From: Acidobacteriota bacterium
GTDB lineage: Bacteria > Acidobacteriota > UBA890 > WLXD01
Assembly: GCA_965205505.1 (NCBI GenBank)
Contig: CBDBHB010000008.1
Span: forward strand, 576,001-640,000
Length of the DNA stretch: 64,000 bases
Direction of reading: 5' to 3'
The position numbers and the translations under genes were made by a program. Shown in pieces: positions 9,700 through 19,701 of the stretch. Every line of letters begins with the position of its first letter. Position 1 is the first letter of the stretch. Below the pieces are notes generated by a model. That model saw only the letters and a list, made by a program, of their open reading frames with translations, had not been told where the DNA came from and made no database searches.

Positions 9700-11109
9700 G
9701 TGACGGAAAGCAAGCTGAAGGTCCCACACACGCTGGTCATCCTGTTCGCGATGGTGATCCTGGGCCAGGTCCTCTCCTACCTCCTTCCCGCCGGGTCGTT
9801 CGAACGAGTGGAGAATGCCGCTGGGCAACTCCAGGTCGTTCCCGGTAGCTTCGAGTTCACCGTCGATGCTCCGGCGTTGTCGCCCCTGGCCAGCCTGACC
9901 GCCGTTCCCAAGGGGCTCAGCGGCGCGCACCAGATCATCTTCTTGCTCCTCATCATCGGGGGTGCGTTCGCCGTTCTACGCGCCACGGGGGCGGTGGATT
10001 CCGTCATCGGGGCCCTCCTACGCCGATGGGGGGATCGACCTTTCTGGTTGGTAGCCGGCGGAACTACCTTGTTCGCCCTCGGTTCGAGCACCATCGGATT
10101 CGGCGAAGAGTATTTTCCCTTCGTACCCGTCCTCATCACTCTCGCTCTCGCCCTCGGATACGACAGGGTCACGGCTGTCGGGATCATCATGATCGGGTAT
10201 GGCGTCGGTTTCGGCGCTGCCCTCATCAACCCCTTCACCACTCTTCTCGCCCAGGACATCGCGGGGCTCCAACCCGCATCGGGGCTGTGGTACCGCGTCG
10301 CGCTCATGGTCGTCTTCCTGCCGATCGGAATTCACCACGTCTGGTCCTATGCCAAGAAGGTCGCGCGGGATCCGGCGGCGAGCCTGGTGGCCGACGTGAG
10401 CGCGCCTGAAGGGGCGTCGATCTCCAGTGGCGGAGACGGAGACGCCGGCGCCGACCATCCCCCGATGACCATTACGCACAAGCAGGTCCTGGCCGCCGTT
10501 GCCATCTCGCAGATCGTGCTTGTCTACGGGCTGAGCCAGTGGCAGTGGTTTCTGGTCGAGATGCAAGCACTCTTCGTCGCTCTCACAGTGATCATTGCCA
10601 TCATCGCCCGCATGAGGCCCGACCGCACAGCGGTGGAGTTCGGCGCCGGCGCAGCGAGCTTCACAAGCGTTGCCCTGCTGATCGGCGTGGCCCGGGGTAT
10701 CTCGGTGGTGCTGAACGAGGGCGGCATAGTGGACACGCTGGTCTACGGCATCAGCCTTCCCGTTAGGGAGCTTCCGGGGGCGCTCTCCGCCGTCGGGATG
10801 TTCTTCGTTCAGAGCCTCGCCAACTTCTTCATCCCCTCGGGAACCGGTCAGGCCTATGTCACCATGCCGATCATGGCGCCCCTGGCCGACCTCGCGGGCG
10901 TCAGCCGGCAAGTGGCGGTACTGGCCTTCCAGTTCGGCGACGGGTTCAGCAATATCCTGGTTCCCACCCAAGCCGTGCTCGTGGGAGCCCTGGCCATGGC
11001 GACGGTCCCATACGACCGCTGGCTGCGCTTCATCCTGCCCTTCATGGTGAAGATCTGGATCGTCGGCTCGATCGCATTGGCCGTGGCCGTATGGATCGGA
11101 TACGCCTGA
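9700..11109 (+). CDS. YfcC-family transporter (DcuC/AbgT/ArcD superfamily)
   Basis: VPHTLVILF, PAGSFER, NPFT..AQDIAG, FFIPSGTGQA..TMPIMAPLADL, AFQFGDGFSN; many TM helices. Confidence 0.88.
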   Translation: MTESKLKVPHTLVILFAMVILGQVLSYLLPAGSFERVENAAGQLQVVPGSFEFTVDAPALSPLASLTAVPKGLSGAHQIIFLLLIIGGAFAVLRATGAVDSVIGALLRRWGDRPFWLVAGGTTLFALGSSTIGFGEEYFPFVPVLITLALALGYDRVTAVGIIMIGYGVGFGAALINPFTTLLAQDIAGLQPASGLWYRVALMVVFLPIGIHHVWSYAKKVARDPAASLVADVSAPEGASISSGGDGDAGADHPPMTITHKQVLAAVAISQIVLVYGLSQWQWFLVEMQALFVALTVIIAIIARMRPDRTAVEFGAGAASFTSVALLIGVARGISVVLNEGGIVDTLVYGISLPVRELPGALSAVGMFFVQSLANFFIPSGTGQAYVTMPIMAPLADLAGVSRQVAVLAFQFGDGFSNILVPTQAVLVGALAMATVPYDRWLRFILPFMVKIWIVGSIALAVAVWIGYA

Positions 11110-11183
11110 GAAATCCCCCCTCGAGAGGTGTTGTCGAGATTCCGGGATGCCTGCTCGGACTTTCCGGTGGGCCAGACAGGAAC

Positions 11184-11942
11184 TCAACGGCCAGCGGTCA
11201 CGCCACCATCAATCGCTAGCGCGGTACCAGTGACGAAACGCGCTTCGGATGAAGCCAGATAGAGCACCGCGTGGCTGATCTCGGCTGGCGTTGCGATGCG
11301 CTTCATCGGCGCGTAGTCGATCATCCTCTGCTCGGCCGCGGCCGGGTCTTCTTTCTTGTCGATATTGTCGCGGCGAATCATGTCGGTATCGACATAGCCC
11401 GGGCATACGGAATTAACTCGTACGTCTGGCGCGACCTCCAACGCCATGGCACGGGTCATGTTGACGACCCCTGCCTTTGACGCGCAGTACACGGCGACCC
11501 CTGCATACCCCATCAGCCCGGCATCCGAGGCAATGTTGACGATATTGCCGTTGGACTTGCGCAATTCGGACAATGCCGCGCGGCAGCAGAAGAAAGTGCC
11601 CTTCAGGTTGATGTCGAGTTGAGCGTCCCACATCGACTCGTCGCTGTCCTCGATGGGCTTAGCCGACACGATACCGGCGCTGTTCACCAGAATATCGAGG
11701 CCGCCGAAGGCGTCGTTCGCAGTGCTCACTACCGACTCGCAGCCAGGAACGGTGCCGATATCGCCGGGCGCTGCGACCAGGCGCGCACCATCGCCCAGTC
11801 TCTCCATGGCGGCGCTCACGGAGTGCGTTGTTCTGCCGTTGATGGCGACGCGGGCGCCAGCCTCGACAAAGGCTTTGGCAATCGCAAAGCCGATACCCCG
11901 ACTGCTACCCGTTACCAAAACTCGCTTGTCGGTGAAATCCAT
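11184..11942 (-). CDS. SDR family oxidoreductase
   Basis: TGSSRGIG, NSAG, YCASK, NSVCPG. Confidence 0.92.
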   Translation of the reverse strand: MDFTDKRVLVTGSSRGIGFAIAKAFVEAGARVAINGRTTHSVSAAMERLGDGARLVAAPGDIGTVPGCESVVSTANDAFGGLDILVNSAGIVSAKPIEDSDESMWDAQLDINLKGTFFCCRAALSELRKSNGNIVNIASDAGLMGYAGVAVYCASKAGVVNMTRAMALEVAPDVRVNSVCPGYVDTDMIRRDNIDKKEDPAAAEQRMIDYAPMKRIATPAEISHAVLYLASSEARFVTGTALAIDGGVTAGR

Positions 11943-12154
11943 GTCGGTTCCTCTGGAGATTATCGAGATACGCGCCCGAACTTGACCGGTGGTTCAGAAC
12001 CGCGCGCGGCGCATGGGTAGTCCTGCGCTCTCGAACGGCGATAGCGGTGGCTCGTGGAACATCTGGATCTCGCCGGCGCTTTGCGGGAAACCAGCCAGTA
12101 CTTGTGGCAAAGTTCGGCCACTTTCACAACCTAGAGGAGAAAGGTTTGACGCAC

Positions 12155-13711
12155 ATGCGGAGCACTTCGACAGCTTCCCGCACGACTTGCTCCAGCCCCT
12201 TGAGCCTGTTGCTGGTGTTCGGTCTTGCAACCCTGTTTCCCGCCGCGGCCGAGGCTCAAGAAGAGGGCGCAAGATCCTCACGCTACGTCGAGGAGAACAA
12301 CCAGATTCGTCGCGACAAGTTCGACCTCATCCTGCCGCAGATCATGCGGGCACGTGGCATCGACATGTGGATCCATGTGATGCGCGCCGCAATTCCCGAT
12401 CCGTTCGGGGCGGAAGAGTTGGGCGGTGCCTCCGGTGTCTTCGTCTTCACCGACCGTGGTGGTGGTCGGATCGAGCGGGCGATTATCGGGCGTCGCTGGC
12501 GAGCTTCACAGCGTCTCCTGCTTTCGGACTGGTCGGCTGAGCTGGCCAAGAGCCGCAGCGACTACGCAGATCCGATTGAAGCGCTCGGCGTCTACGACAT
12601 CGTCGGCGAGCCGGTTGTTTATGGCGAACCCTTGTCGAGCCCGATGACGGAGTATGACTACCGATTCAAGGGTCTCGGAGCCTTCGTCGAAGCGCGCAAC
12701 CCGGAGCGCATCGCGGTCAATTACCGAGACCGTCTCGCTCCGTGGGCGACCTCCACCAGAACAGACGACGGGATTTCGCACGCAGACTACCTCCTGCTAG
12801 CTGAGGAGCTCGGTGAGGAATACGCCGACAGGCTGGTGTCGTCCGAATACCTGATCATGGACTACAACATCAGTCCGGTGCCGAGCGAGGTCGAGCTGTT
12901 GAAGAAGATGCGCGCGGACGAGCTCGAACGCATGAAGGGCGCTCTTGCCGAAATGGTGCCGGGCGCGACCTTGACTCGAGATATGCCCATGACCGTCTTT
13001 CGCCGGATGCGCACCGCACTGTCGCAACGGGGAAGGAGTGAAGGCTGGAAAGACAATGTGGTTCAAGGAGGCGACATCCTTGCAGCGCCGAGCCAGGGAC
13101 TGTTCGCCTACGTGTTACGTGACGGAGAGAGCGAACCGCCCGCCGACATCAAGAAACTCTGGGCGGAACATCTGACGATCGCCGAGATCCTGTCGGAGAC
13201 CATCCGGGCGGGCCTTACCCCCCGCGAAATAATGAAGAGCTACCAGCAGAAGCTTGCCGACGCCGGCATCATTGTCAGAGATCCGCAGGTGCCCATGGTT
13301 CAGCCGAACCTCTTCGAGAGCCTCTGCTTCCTGAAGCCGGTGCTCGGCCAGTATCAATATATGGAGGAAGGCTGCTGGGACAACGGTTCCCACGTCTATC
13401 CTGAAGGCTTCGAGCCCGAGAATACCCGAGTTGCTTTCGACCTCCACGGGGTGGGAAAGGGAGCGCGCGAGGTGAGGTTCGATGCCGGCCTAGGCCCCAG
13501 AATGGGCTCGTATGGACCGGATTGGGCTTTCGACGTACCGCTCTCGCCCAATCACCACTTCGTTCTGGAGTACTTCTTTTATATGCCGTCGCCTGCCGAC
13601 GAGGGCGAGGCCCAATACTTGACCTTTTGGAACCATGAACAAGCGATCGCCACTGAAAATGGGGTCGAGCGTTTATCTCCGCCGCAACGAGAGCTCCTTC
13701 TCATTCAGTAG
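12155..13711 (+). CDS. Secreted M24 (Xaa-Pro aminopeptidase)-like protein, divergent
   Basis: Signal peptide ending AAAEAQ; KFDLILPQIMRARGIDMWI creatinase-N-like start; FDLHGVG; HEQAIATENGVERLSPPQRELLLI. Confidence 0.65.
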   Translation: MRSTSTASRTTCSSPLSLLLVFGLATLFPAAAEAQEEGARSSRYVEENNQIRRDKFDLILPQIMRARGIDMWIHVMRAAIPDPFGAEELGGASGVFVFTDRGGGRIERAIIGRRWRASQRLLLSDWSAELAKSRSDYADPIEALGVYDIVGEPVVYGEPLSSPMTEYDYRFKGLGAFVEARNPERIAVNYRDRLAPWATSTRTDDGISHADYLLLAEELGEEYADRLVSSEYLIMDYNISPVPSEVELLKKMRADELERMKGALAEMVPGATLTRDMPMTVFRRMRTALSQRGRSEGWKDNVVQGGDILAAPSQGLFAYVLRDGESEPPADIKKLWAEHLTIAEILSETIRAGLTPREIMKSYQQKLADAGIIVRDPQVPMVQPNLFESLCFLKPVLGQYQYMEEGCWDNGSHVYPEGFEPENTRVAFDLHGVGKGAREVRFDAGLGPRMGSYGPDWAFDVPLSPNHHFVLEYFFYMPSPADEGEAQYLTFWNHEQAIATENGVERLSPPQRELLLIQ

Positions 13712-13727
13712 TCATTGGCCCGGCCTG

Positions 13728-14744
13728 GTGCGACGACGTGCGCTGCCGCTCAAGCTGTGCGCCATGGCTACAGCAGTGATCTCGTTGTCGGCGGCGACGC
13801 TGGGGCCGACGGCGGCGGCGCAGAGCACTGCTTCCGACGCCGCAGAGTGGCAGGTGCCCAGGACGCCGCACGGCCACCCGGATCTCCAGGGAAACTGGAC
13901 CAACGCCACGCTTACCCCCGTCCAGCGTCCGCAAGGGCTGGGGGCCGTTCTCAGCCCGGAACAGGTTGCGGAGGTCGAGGATCGAGGGGGGCCAGGCGAA
14001 TGCTGGAGCTGCAGCACGACGCCGAGCGAGGCCGGTGAGCGCGTGACGGTCGTCAATGGCGAGCCCAGAAGCTCGCTGATCACGCATCCGGCGGATGGCC
14101 GCGCGCCGGAGCTAACGCTGGAGGGACACCGGCGGGTCGAGGAACGTACGGCGTTCAGGAGCCAGTTTGGTCCTAACGATCATCCCGAGCTCCTACTGCT
14201 GGCCGACCGTTGCCTCGTATCGTTCGGCTCCAACGCCGGTCCGCCGATGCTCCCCAACTACTTCTACCTCAGCAACTACACGATCGTGCAGAACGCCGAT
14301 CACGTGATGATCATGACCGAGATGGTGCACGACGTCCGCATCATCCGGCTCGGAGAGCCCATACCGCTTCCGAACCACATTCGCCCCTGGTTCGGTGACT
14401 CGTGGGGTCGTTGGGAGGGGGACACGCTCGTTGTCGAGACCACCAACTTGAATCCCGATAACGCGCTCCACAGCGACAACGCGGCCGACGTCGAGGACCG
14501 CGGCGTCCCTCCCTCGGAAGATGCCAAGGTGATCGAGCGCTTCACCCTAGTCGATGAGGAGACCATTCACTACGAGTTCACCATCGACGACCCGACGATG
14601 TATGCGAGCACCTGGGGCGGCGAGGTTCTGTTCGAGCGCTTCGACGACCTGCTCTACGAGTATTCCTGTCACGAAGGCAACTACTCCCTCTCCAACTCGT
14701 TGAGCGGCGCGCGCTATGAAGAGAGAAACGAGGAGCACAGGTAG
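13728..14744 (+). CDS. Conserved secreted hypothetical protein
   Basis: PRTPHGHPDLQGNWTN...GDSWGRWEGDTLVVETTN...YEYSCHEGNY; family recalled from Acidobacteria/Gammaproteobacteria; start uncertain. Confidence 0.75.
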   Translation: MRRRALPLKLCAMATAVISLSAATLGPTAAAQSTASDAAEWQVPRTPHGHPDLQGNWTNATLTPVQRPQGLGAVLSPEQVAEVEDRGGPGECWSCSTTPSEAGERVTVVNGEPRSSLITHPADGRAPELTLEGHRRVEERTAFRSQFGPNDHPELLLLADRCLVSFGSNAGPPMLPNYFYLSNYTIVQNADHVMIMTEMVHDVRIIRLGEPIPLPNHIRPWFGDSWGRWEGDTLVVETTNLNPDNALHSDNAADVEDRGVPPSEDAKVIERFTLVDEETIHYEFTIDDPTMYASTWGGEVLFERFDDLLYEYSCHEGNYSLSNSLSGARYEERNEEHR

Positions 14745-14770
14745 CCGGTGGTCACCGCGGCAGCCGGAGC

Positions 14771-16039
14771 TCAAGATGCGCTGAAGACGCCGAGAGGCTG
14801 ATAGTCGCCCTTGAGGATAGCCCCGGTATCGCTGTAGCCCATCCACTCGTCGATCACCGTGGCGTAGACGCGTCGAAAGTCGGTGGTCATCACGAGATTG
14901 CCGTCGTCGAGATCAGTAAGACTCGGTGTCTTGCCGTAGAAGCCGCCCTCGAGCTTCTTTCCCACCACGAACATCGGCCCGGCGGTACCGTGATCGGTGC
15001 CGAGGCTGGCGTTCTCCTCGACTCGCCGGCCGAACTCCGAGAACAGGACCACCGCGACATCGTCGGCGCGTCCGAGGCGCTGCACATCCTCCATGAAGCC
15101 ACGTACCGCGTCGGACATGTACATGAGCAGTCGGGCGTGGAGGTCGGCCTGGTGGACGTGGGTGTCGAAGGAGTTGCCGCTGAAGCTGACGTAGTAGACC
15201 CGAGTGGGCATGTCGGCGGCGATGAGAGCCGCCACCTTGCGCAGATCGGCGCCGCCGAGGCCGTAGTCGACCGGTGTGCGATAGCCGGACCAGGCTTGAC
15301 GCACGAAGGCGGAGCTCTCAGTGGCGTTCTCCGCCGTTGCACGTAGAAAGTCGAGCTCGCTGTTGCTGGTCGCGTGGGCACCCGAGAGTCGAGTAAGAGC
15401 TGCGATCTCGTCTTCCTCTCCCTGGCGCTGAAAGCGGCCGGGATCGTTGAAGACCAGCGGCGAGTTCACCTTTCCGCGCACCGCCAGTGATTGCGAGTTG
15501 GCGATGTTGACGATCAAGTTGCGCTTGCCGTCGGGGGTGTGAGCGTCGGCGAAGCGACCCACCCAACCGAGCTTCTCGCCGCCGTTGGGGACGCCGGTGT
15601 GCCAGAAGCCCATCGAGGTGAAGTGCGACAAGCTGGGGTTGGGATAGCCGCAACCTTCGACGACGGCCAACATGCCGTCTTTGTAGAGCCGTTCGAAACC
15701 GACCAGGGACGGGTGGAGCCCCACTCCATTGGTGATCGGCAGGAGGTCGTTCCTCGGGATTCCGAGATTTGGACGCGCTCGGTAGTAAGCGTCGTCGCCG
15801 AACGGCACCACCGTGTTGAGACCGTCGTTGCCGCCGGAGAGCTCGACGACGACGAGGATTCGCTGCGGGTGCTTCTCAGCGGTTCCTCCGAGCGCCTGCG
15901 CCGCCAGAGCCGCCGAGGTGCGGTCCAGAACCATCGGTAGTCCGGCGGTCACTCCCAGACCGTAGAGGCCGCGACGCAGGAAGTCGCGCCGCGAGTAGGG
16001 GCAATCGATGTGTGCCCGTCCGATCAGTGGCCGTTTCAT
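14771..16039 (-). CDS. DUF1501 domain protein (Tat signal)
   Basis: SRRDFLR; LSGGNDGLNTVVP; SHF; FDTH; SEFGRR; GTDHG. Confidence 0.92.
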   Translation of the reverse strand: MKRPLIGRAHIDCPYSRRDFLRRGLYGLGVTAGLPMVLDRTSAALAAQALGGTAEKHPQRILVVVELSGGNDGLNTVVPFGDDAYYRARPNLGIPRNDLLPITNGVGLHPSLVGFERLYKDGMLAVVEGCGYPNPSLSHFTSMGFWHTGVPNGGEKLGWVGRFADAHTPDGKRNLIVNIANSQSLAVRGKVNSPLVFNDPGRFQRQGEEDEIAALTRLSGAHATSNSELDFLRATAENATESSAFVRQAWSGYRTPVDYGLGGADLRKVAALIAADMPTRVYYVSFSGNSFDTHVHQADLHARLLMYMSDAVRGFMEDVQRLGRADDVAVVLFSEFGRRVEENASLGTDHGTAGPMFVVGKKLEGGFYGKTPSLTDLDDGNLVMTTDFRRVYATVIDEWMGYSDTGAILKGDYQPLGVFSAS

Positions 16040-16043
16040 GGCG

Positions 16044-17969
16044 TTACCCCAGTTGGTACTCAGGAGTGCTCAAGACCAGGTAGAGGACTGCCCGTAGAGC
16101 GTCCTCCCTGCCGCCGGCTGACGATCCGCTCTCAACGAGTCGCTTCTCCAGGAAGGCGACGAGATCCGCTTGCGCATCGCGCTCGAGAGGGATGTGCAGA
16201 AACCGGCGAACGAGGCGATCGATCACTTCGGCGCTGGTTTCGGCGCCCTCGGCCGAGAGCATCCCCGCGAGGTCGAGATCGATGGCGTGGCGAGGAACGA
16301 GTTTGACCCTTTCGTAGGCCATGACGTATCCACGGTAGCCCCCGTAGCGAGTGTTGTAGTCCTCATCGGCGTCGGCCATCATGCTGGACGCCGAGTCGCC
16401 AACCTGGGTCGCGGAGGTGATGTTGGCTCCCTCCGCCAGACGGCGTCCCACCTGTCGGTAGATCCCGGGCATGCGGCGGTCGGGTGCCCCATAGGACTCG
16501 AGGTCGGGCGGGAAAAGGATGTTGCGCATCAGGTTGCCGCGCTCGAGGAGAGTCGCCGGAGTGATCCAGGTCCGACCGCCGGCCCAACCCGCCACGTTGG
16601 GTGGGTAAAAGAGTGACTGACCGAGGCTCGCGGTGAGCTCGTTGAAATCTGGAACCGTCGGCAACTTCTCGAGTCCGAGCTTGCGATAGGTCGAGACCAC
16701 CAGGTGCACCGGGCTCTTGATCTGGGTGGCGAAGGACCTGGGGCCGTAGAAATCACGCGACAGGAAGATCCTCTCGAGCACCGGACGGAGCTCGTAGCCC
16801 GACTCGCGAAAGAGCGCCGCGAGCTCGGCGAGGATGGCCGGCGGCGCCTCTTCGGCGACGAAGAAACGATAGAGCTTCGCGGCAATGAAGTCGGCCGTCG
16901 CCGGCTGCTCGAGGATGATGTCGATGATCTCGTCGCCGTCGAACTTCCCTTTCCTGCCTAGGAACTCCTTTTCTCCATAGTCGTGCAGCTTGCCGTCGAA
17001 GCGGAACTCGAGGACATCGTTGGTCCAACCCGTAAAGGCGCGCGATGCCTCTCGAATGTCGTGCTCGCTGTAGTTGCCGTCTCCCATTGTGAAGAGCTCA
17101 AGCAGCTCGCGGCCGAAGTTCTCATTGGGATGGTCCTTGACGTTCTCGCCGTTGTCGAGGAAGACGAGCATCGCCGGGTCTTTCATGATCGCCAGCAGCA
17201 CGTCGCGGAAGTTGCCGTTGGCGTGCCGGCGCAACGTTTGGTTCTGGACCAGCATCATGCGGTAGTCACGGACCTTGACGTCGGAGGTGGCGAAGTGACC
17301 GTGCCAGAAGAATGTGAGCTTTTCTTCGAGCGGCCGCTTGCTCTTCAGCATGCGTTCGCCCCACCAGAGGCCGAGTCGAAGCGCCTCGAGGCGGTCGGCC
17401 CGGAGGCCGTAGAAGAACTTGTCGACCACTGGCTGAAGGCGCCGCGACGACCCTTCCGGAAGGATGTCGACTCCGAGAGCGCGACCCTTCTCCCTGCCGA
17501 TGCGGACCGCTTCGGCCCGGCTCGGCGGAAACGGGTCCATACCCTCGTCGAAGATCCCGGAATGCTCGAACGGGCCCACCGAGGGATTGGCGGTCGACCG
17601 GTAGTCGACCAGACGTCGCACGACCTGGCGGGGATCCGCTTTGGCCAGAAGCTCGATCTCCTCCGGCGTCGCACCGAAGCCGGCGCGCTCCATCAGATGA
17701 GCGGCACGCTCGTAGCTCCAATCGGCGGCGCCGATAGGGTCGAGGTCGCCGATCCATGCGGCGGGCCCGGCGCCGGTGCCGGTGCCAGTGCCGTTGCCGG
17801 TCGCCTCGAGACCCGGCGCCGCGAGGGACGCGCAGAGAAGCGAGAAGGCGAGCAGGAGTCGGGGAGAGCGCGGTCGACGTGTCGGGCTTGTCCGCGCGGT
17901 CACGGTGCTGTCGTCGTCGCGGTGGCGCACGCTCCCTCCTTCCAGAACTCGAAATCGGGAGTCAAGCAT
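16044..17969 (-). CDS. DUF1800 domain protein
   Basis: AAHLMERAGFG; LTFFWHGHFATS; PNENFGRELLELFTMG; PPNVAGW; EYQLG; paired with DUF1501. Confidence 0.92.
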   Translation of the reverse strand: MLDSRFRVLEGGSVRHRDDDSTVTARTSPTRRPRSPRLLLAFSLLCASLAAPGLEATGNGTGTGTGAGPAAWIGDLDPIGAADWSYERAAHLMERAGFGATPEEIELLAKADPRQVVRRLVDYRSTANPSVGPFEHSGIFDEGMDPFPPSRAEAVRIGREKGRALGVDILPEGSSRRLQPVVDKFFYGLRADRLEALRLGLWWGERMLKSKRPLEEKLTFFWHGHFATSDVKVRDYRMMLVQNQTLRRHANGNFRDVLLAIMKDPAMLVFLDNGENVKDHPNENFGRELLELFTMGDGNYSEHDIREASRAFTGWTNDVLEFRFDGKLHDYGEKEFLGRKGKFDGDEIIDIILEQPATADFIAAKLYRFFVAEEAPPAILAELAALFRESGYELRPVLERIFLSRDFYGPRSFATQIKSPVHLVVSTYRKLGLEKLPTVPDFNELTASLGQSLFYPPNVAGWAGGRTWITPATLLERGNLMRNILFPPDLESYGAPDRRMPGIYRQVGRRLAEGANITSATQVGDSASSMMADADEDYNTRYGGYRGYVMAYERVKLVPRHAIDLDLAGMLSAEGAETSAEVIDRLVRRFLHIPLERDAQADLVAFLEKRLVESGSSAGGREDALRAVLYLVLSTPEYQLG

Positions 17970-18268
17970 ATGTCATGGCGAGGTTTCCTCGCCCTTTTCG
18001 CCTGCGCCGAGGCGGTCCAGGATCTTGTATTGGCCTAGTTTGGTGCCGGGTCCCATGACATCTCTAAAGCTGCACGGGTGAGCGAGTGAAGAGTACCGCT
18101 GATGATCTCAGCCATCGCTGCTCCCTGCCTGGTAGGATTCGATTTCGCCAAATGTTCAGTGGAACGGATATAGAGTTCAGGCGAGCGTGTTGGCACCTGA
18201 GATAGTCAGGGCGGCAGCCGCCGACCCACGGCGAGACGGAGGTTGCAAACACAGGGCAGGTAGGCTTC

Positions 18269-18466
18269 ATGCGCACCGTACGCACGATCGACAAGCAGTT
18301 CTCGACCGAAGATTCGCTGCTACAGCGGTGGCGACGTGACGTCCGACTACTGCTCCGCATCGCGCGCATGATTCTCGACTACTTCACCGTTGGCGCCCGG
18401 ACGCGCCGCCTCTACCGGGCCAAGCAGGCCCGGAGCGAGATCTTTTGGGTCGACGAGGAGCTCTGA
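18269..18466 (+). CDS. Small hypothetical protein (65 aa) upstream of the RdhA-like gene
   Basis: ATG with upstream GGTAGG; codon usage resembles neighbours; stops about 25 bp before the next gene. Confidence 0.55.
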   Translation: MRTVRTIDKQFSTEDSLLQRWRRDVRLLLRIARMILDYFTVGARTRRLYRAKQARSEIFWVDEEL

Positions 18467-18491
18467 GAATGGAGAAGATCCGTCCCGCCAG

Positions 18492-19508
18492 GTGGGTCGC
18501 GACAAGCACTCCCGACGGGTGGGCGATCCCGTGAAGGTCATCGATCCGCCCGCCCCTACCTACGACTTCTTCTACAGGTCGCTGCCGCCGTCCGGCAACC
18601 AGATCAACGGCCTCGGCGTGAAGGAAAAACGACGCGCCCGGCGCGTCTTCCACGATCCCTCAGAGAACGCCGAGTGGACCGCGCTCGACGAGTTCTTCAG
18701 CCGCATCTCGATTTGGGGAATCATCCGGCACATCCTCGCCAACGTTTGGCAGCTCCGGCGCCAGAACGGCCCGGTCAGCGCGCACCGAGTCGAGGTCGAC
18801 GATCCCCAGGCCATGGCCGACCGGATCAAGACCAAGGCTCGGGCCTTCGGTGCCGAGCTGGTCGGCGTCGCCGAGATCACGGATGCGGCGCTCTTCGACG
18901 GGTGTGAGGTTCCATATCGTTACGCCATCTGCATCGGCGCATCGATGAAGCGCGAAGAGATGCTCCACGTGCCGCACGATCGCGCCGGCATCGAGGTGAT
19001 GCGCTCGTATCGGGAGCTCTCACGCATCGCCATCGACCTCGCCGCGGAGATCCGCGCCATGGGCTGGCCGGCGATGGCCTACGGCAACCCGAATAGCACC
19101 GACATCCTCCACATTCCGCTCGCTATTCAAGCGGGGCTCGGACAACTCGGCAAACACGGCTCGATGATCAGCGAGGAGTTCGGCTCCAACTTCCGGTTGT
19201 CGGCGGTGGCAACCGATCTGCCACTCGCCATCGACCAGCCGGTCGACATCGGCGTCGACGACGTCTGCCTCCATTGCCAGCGCTGCGTGATCGATTGCCC
19301 GGCAGACGCGATCTTCAACGAGAAGCAGGTCGTGCGCGGTGAGAAGAAATGGTACGTCGACTTCGACAAGTGCGTCCCGTACTTCGTGAAGACGCAGGGC
19401 TGCGCGATTTGCATCGAAGTTTGCCCGTATAGCGAGCCCGGCCGCGGACCATGGTTGGTCGAGAGGGTCATGGCGACGCGAAAGAAAAGGGGCGCCGACG
19501 TGCAGTAG
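18492..19508 (+). CDS. Reductive dehalogenase-like cobalamin / 2x[4Fe-4S] protein (RdhA/QueG superfamily)
   Basis: IKTKARAFGAELVGVA; PLAIQAGLGQLGKHG; CLHCQRCVIDCP; WYVDFDKC...CAICIEVCP; start uncertain (GTG 18492 or 18531). Confidence 0.8.
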   Translation: MGRDKHSRRVGDPVKVIDPPAPTYDFFYRSLPPSGNQINGLGVKEKRRARRVFHDPSENAEWTALDEFFSRISIWGIIRHILANVWQLRRQNGPVSAHRVEVDDPQAMADRIKTKARAFGAELVGVAEITDAALFDGCEVPYRYAICIGASMKREEMLHVPHDRAGIEVMRSYRELSRIAIDLAAEIRAMGWPAMAYGNPNSTDILHIPLAIQAGLGQLGKHGSMISEEFGSNFRLSAVATDLPLAIDQPVDIGVDDVCLHCQRCVIDCPADAIFNEKQVVRGEKKWYVDFDKCVPYFVKTQGCAICIEVCPYSEPGRGPWLVERVMATRKKRGADVQ

Positions 19509-19701
19509 TGGCGGCGCCGGATAACCCTGTGCGTTCCCAGCGCGAAGCGCGTCGGAGCTCCCAGAAACTTCTCTCAGATCATCGGAACCCCGAGATGGTG
19601 GCTATGTTCGGGTGATTCAGGGAGGCCAGGAGCCACCCTCACCGAGATCAACCTCCCGGACCGCGACGACGATCCGAAATAGCCGACGGCCGCGAAATAG
19701 C

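Noticed and set aside
13995-14020. CWSC as a heme c binding site
   Set aside because: No His follows the second Cys.
17770-17802. GCCGGT-type short repeats
   Set aside because: They encode a GT-rich low-complexity linker in DUF1800.
18492-19508. Calling the gene queG or a respiratory rdhA
   Set aside because: It lacks the QueG GCDxCQ and RYAxGxDYH motifs, and lacks the Tat signal and rdhB; left as RdhA-like.
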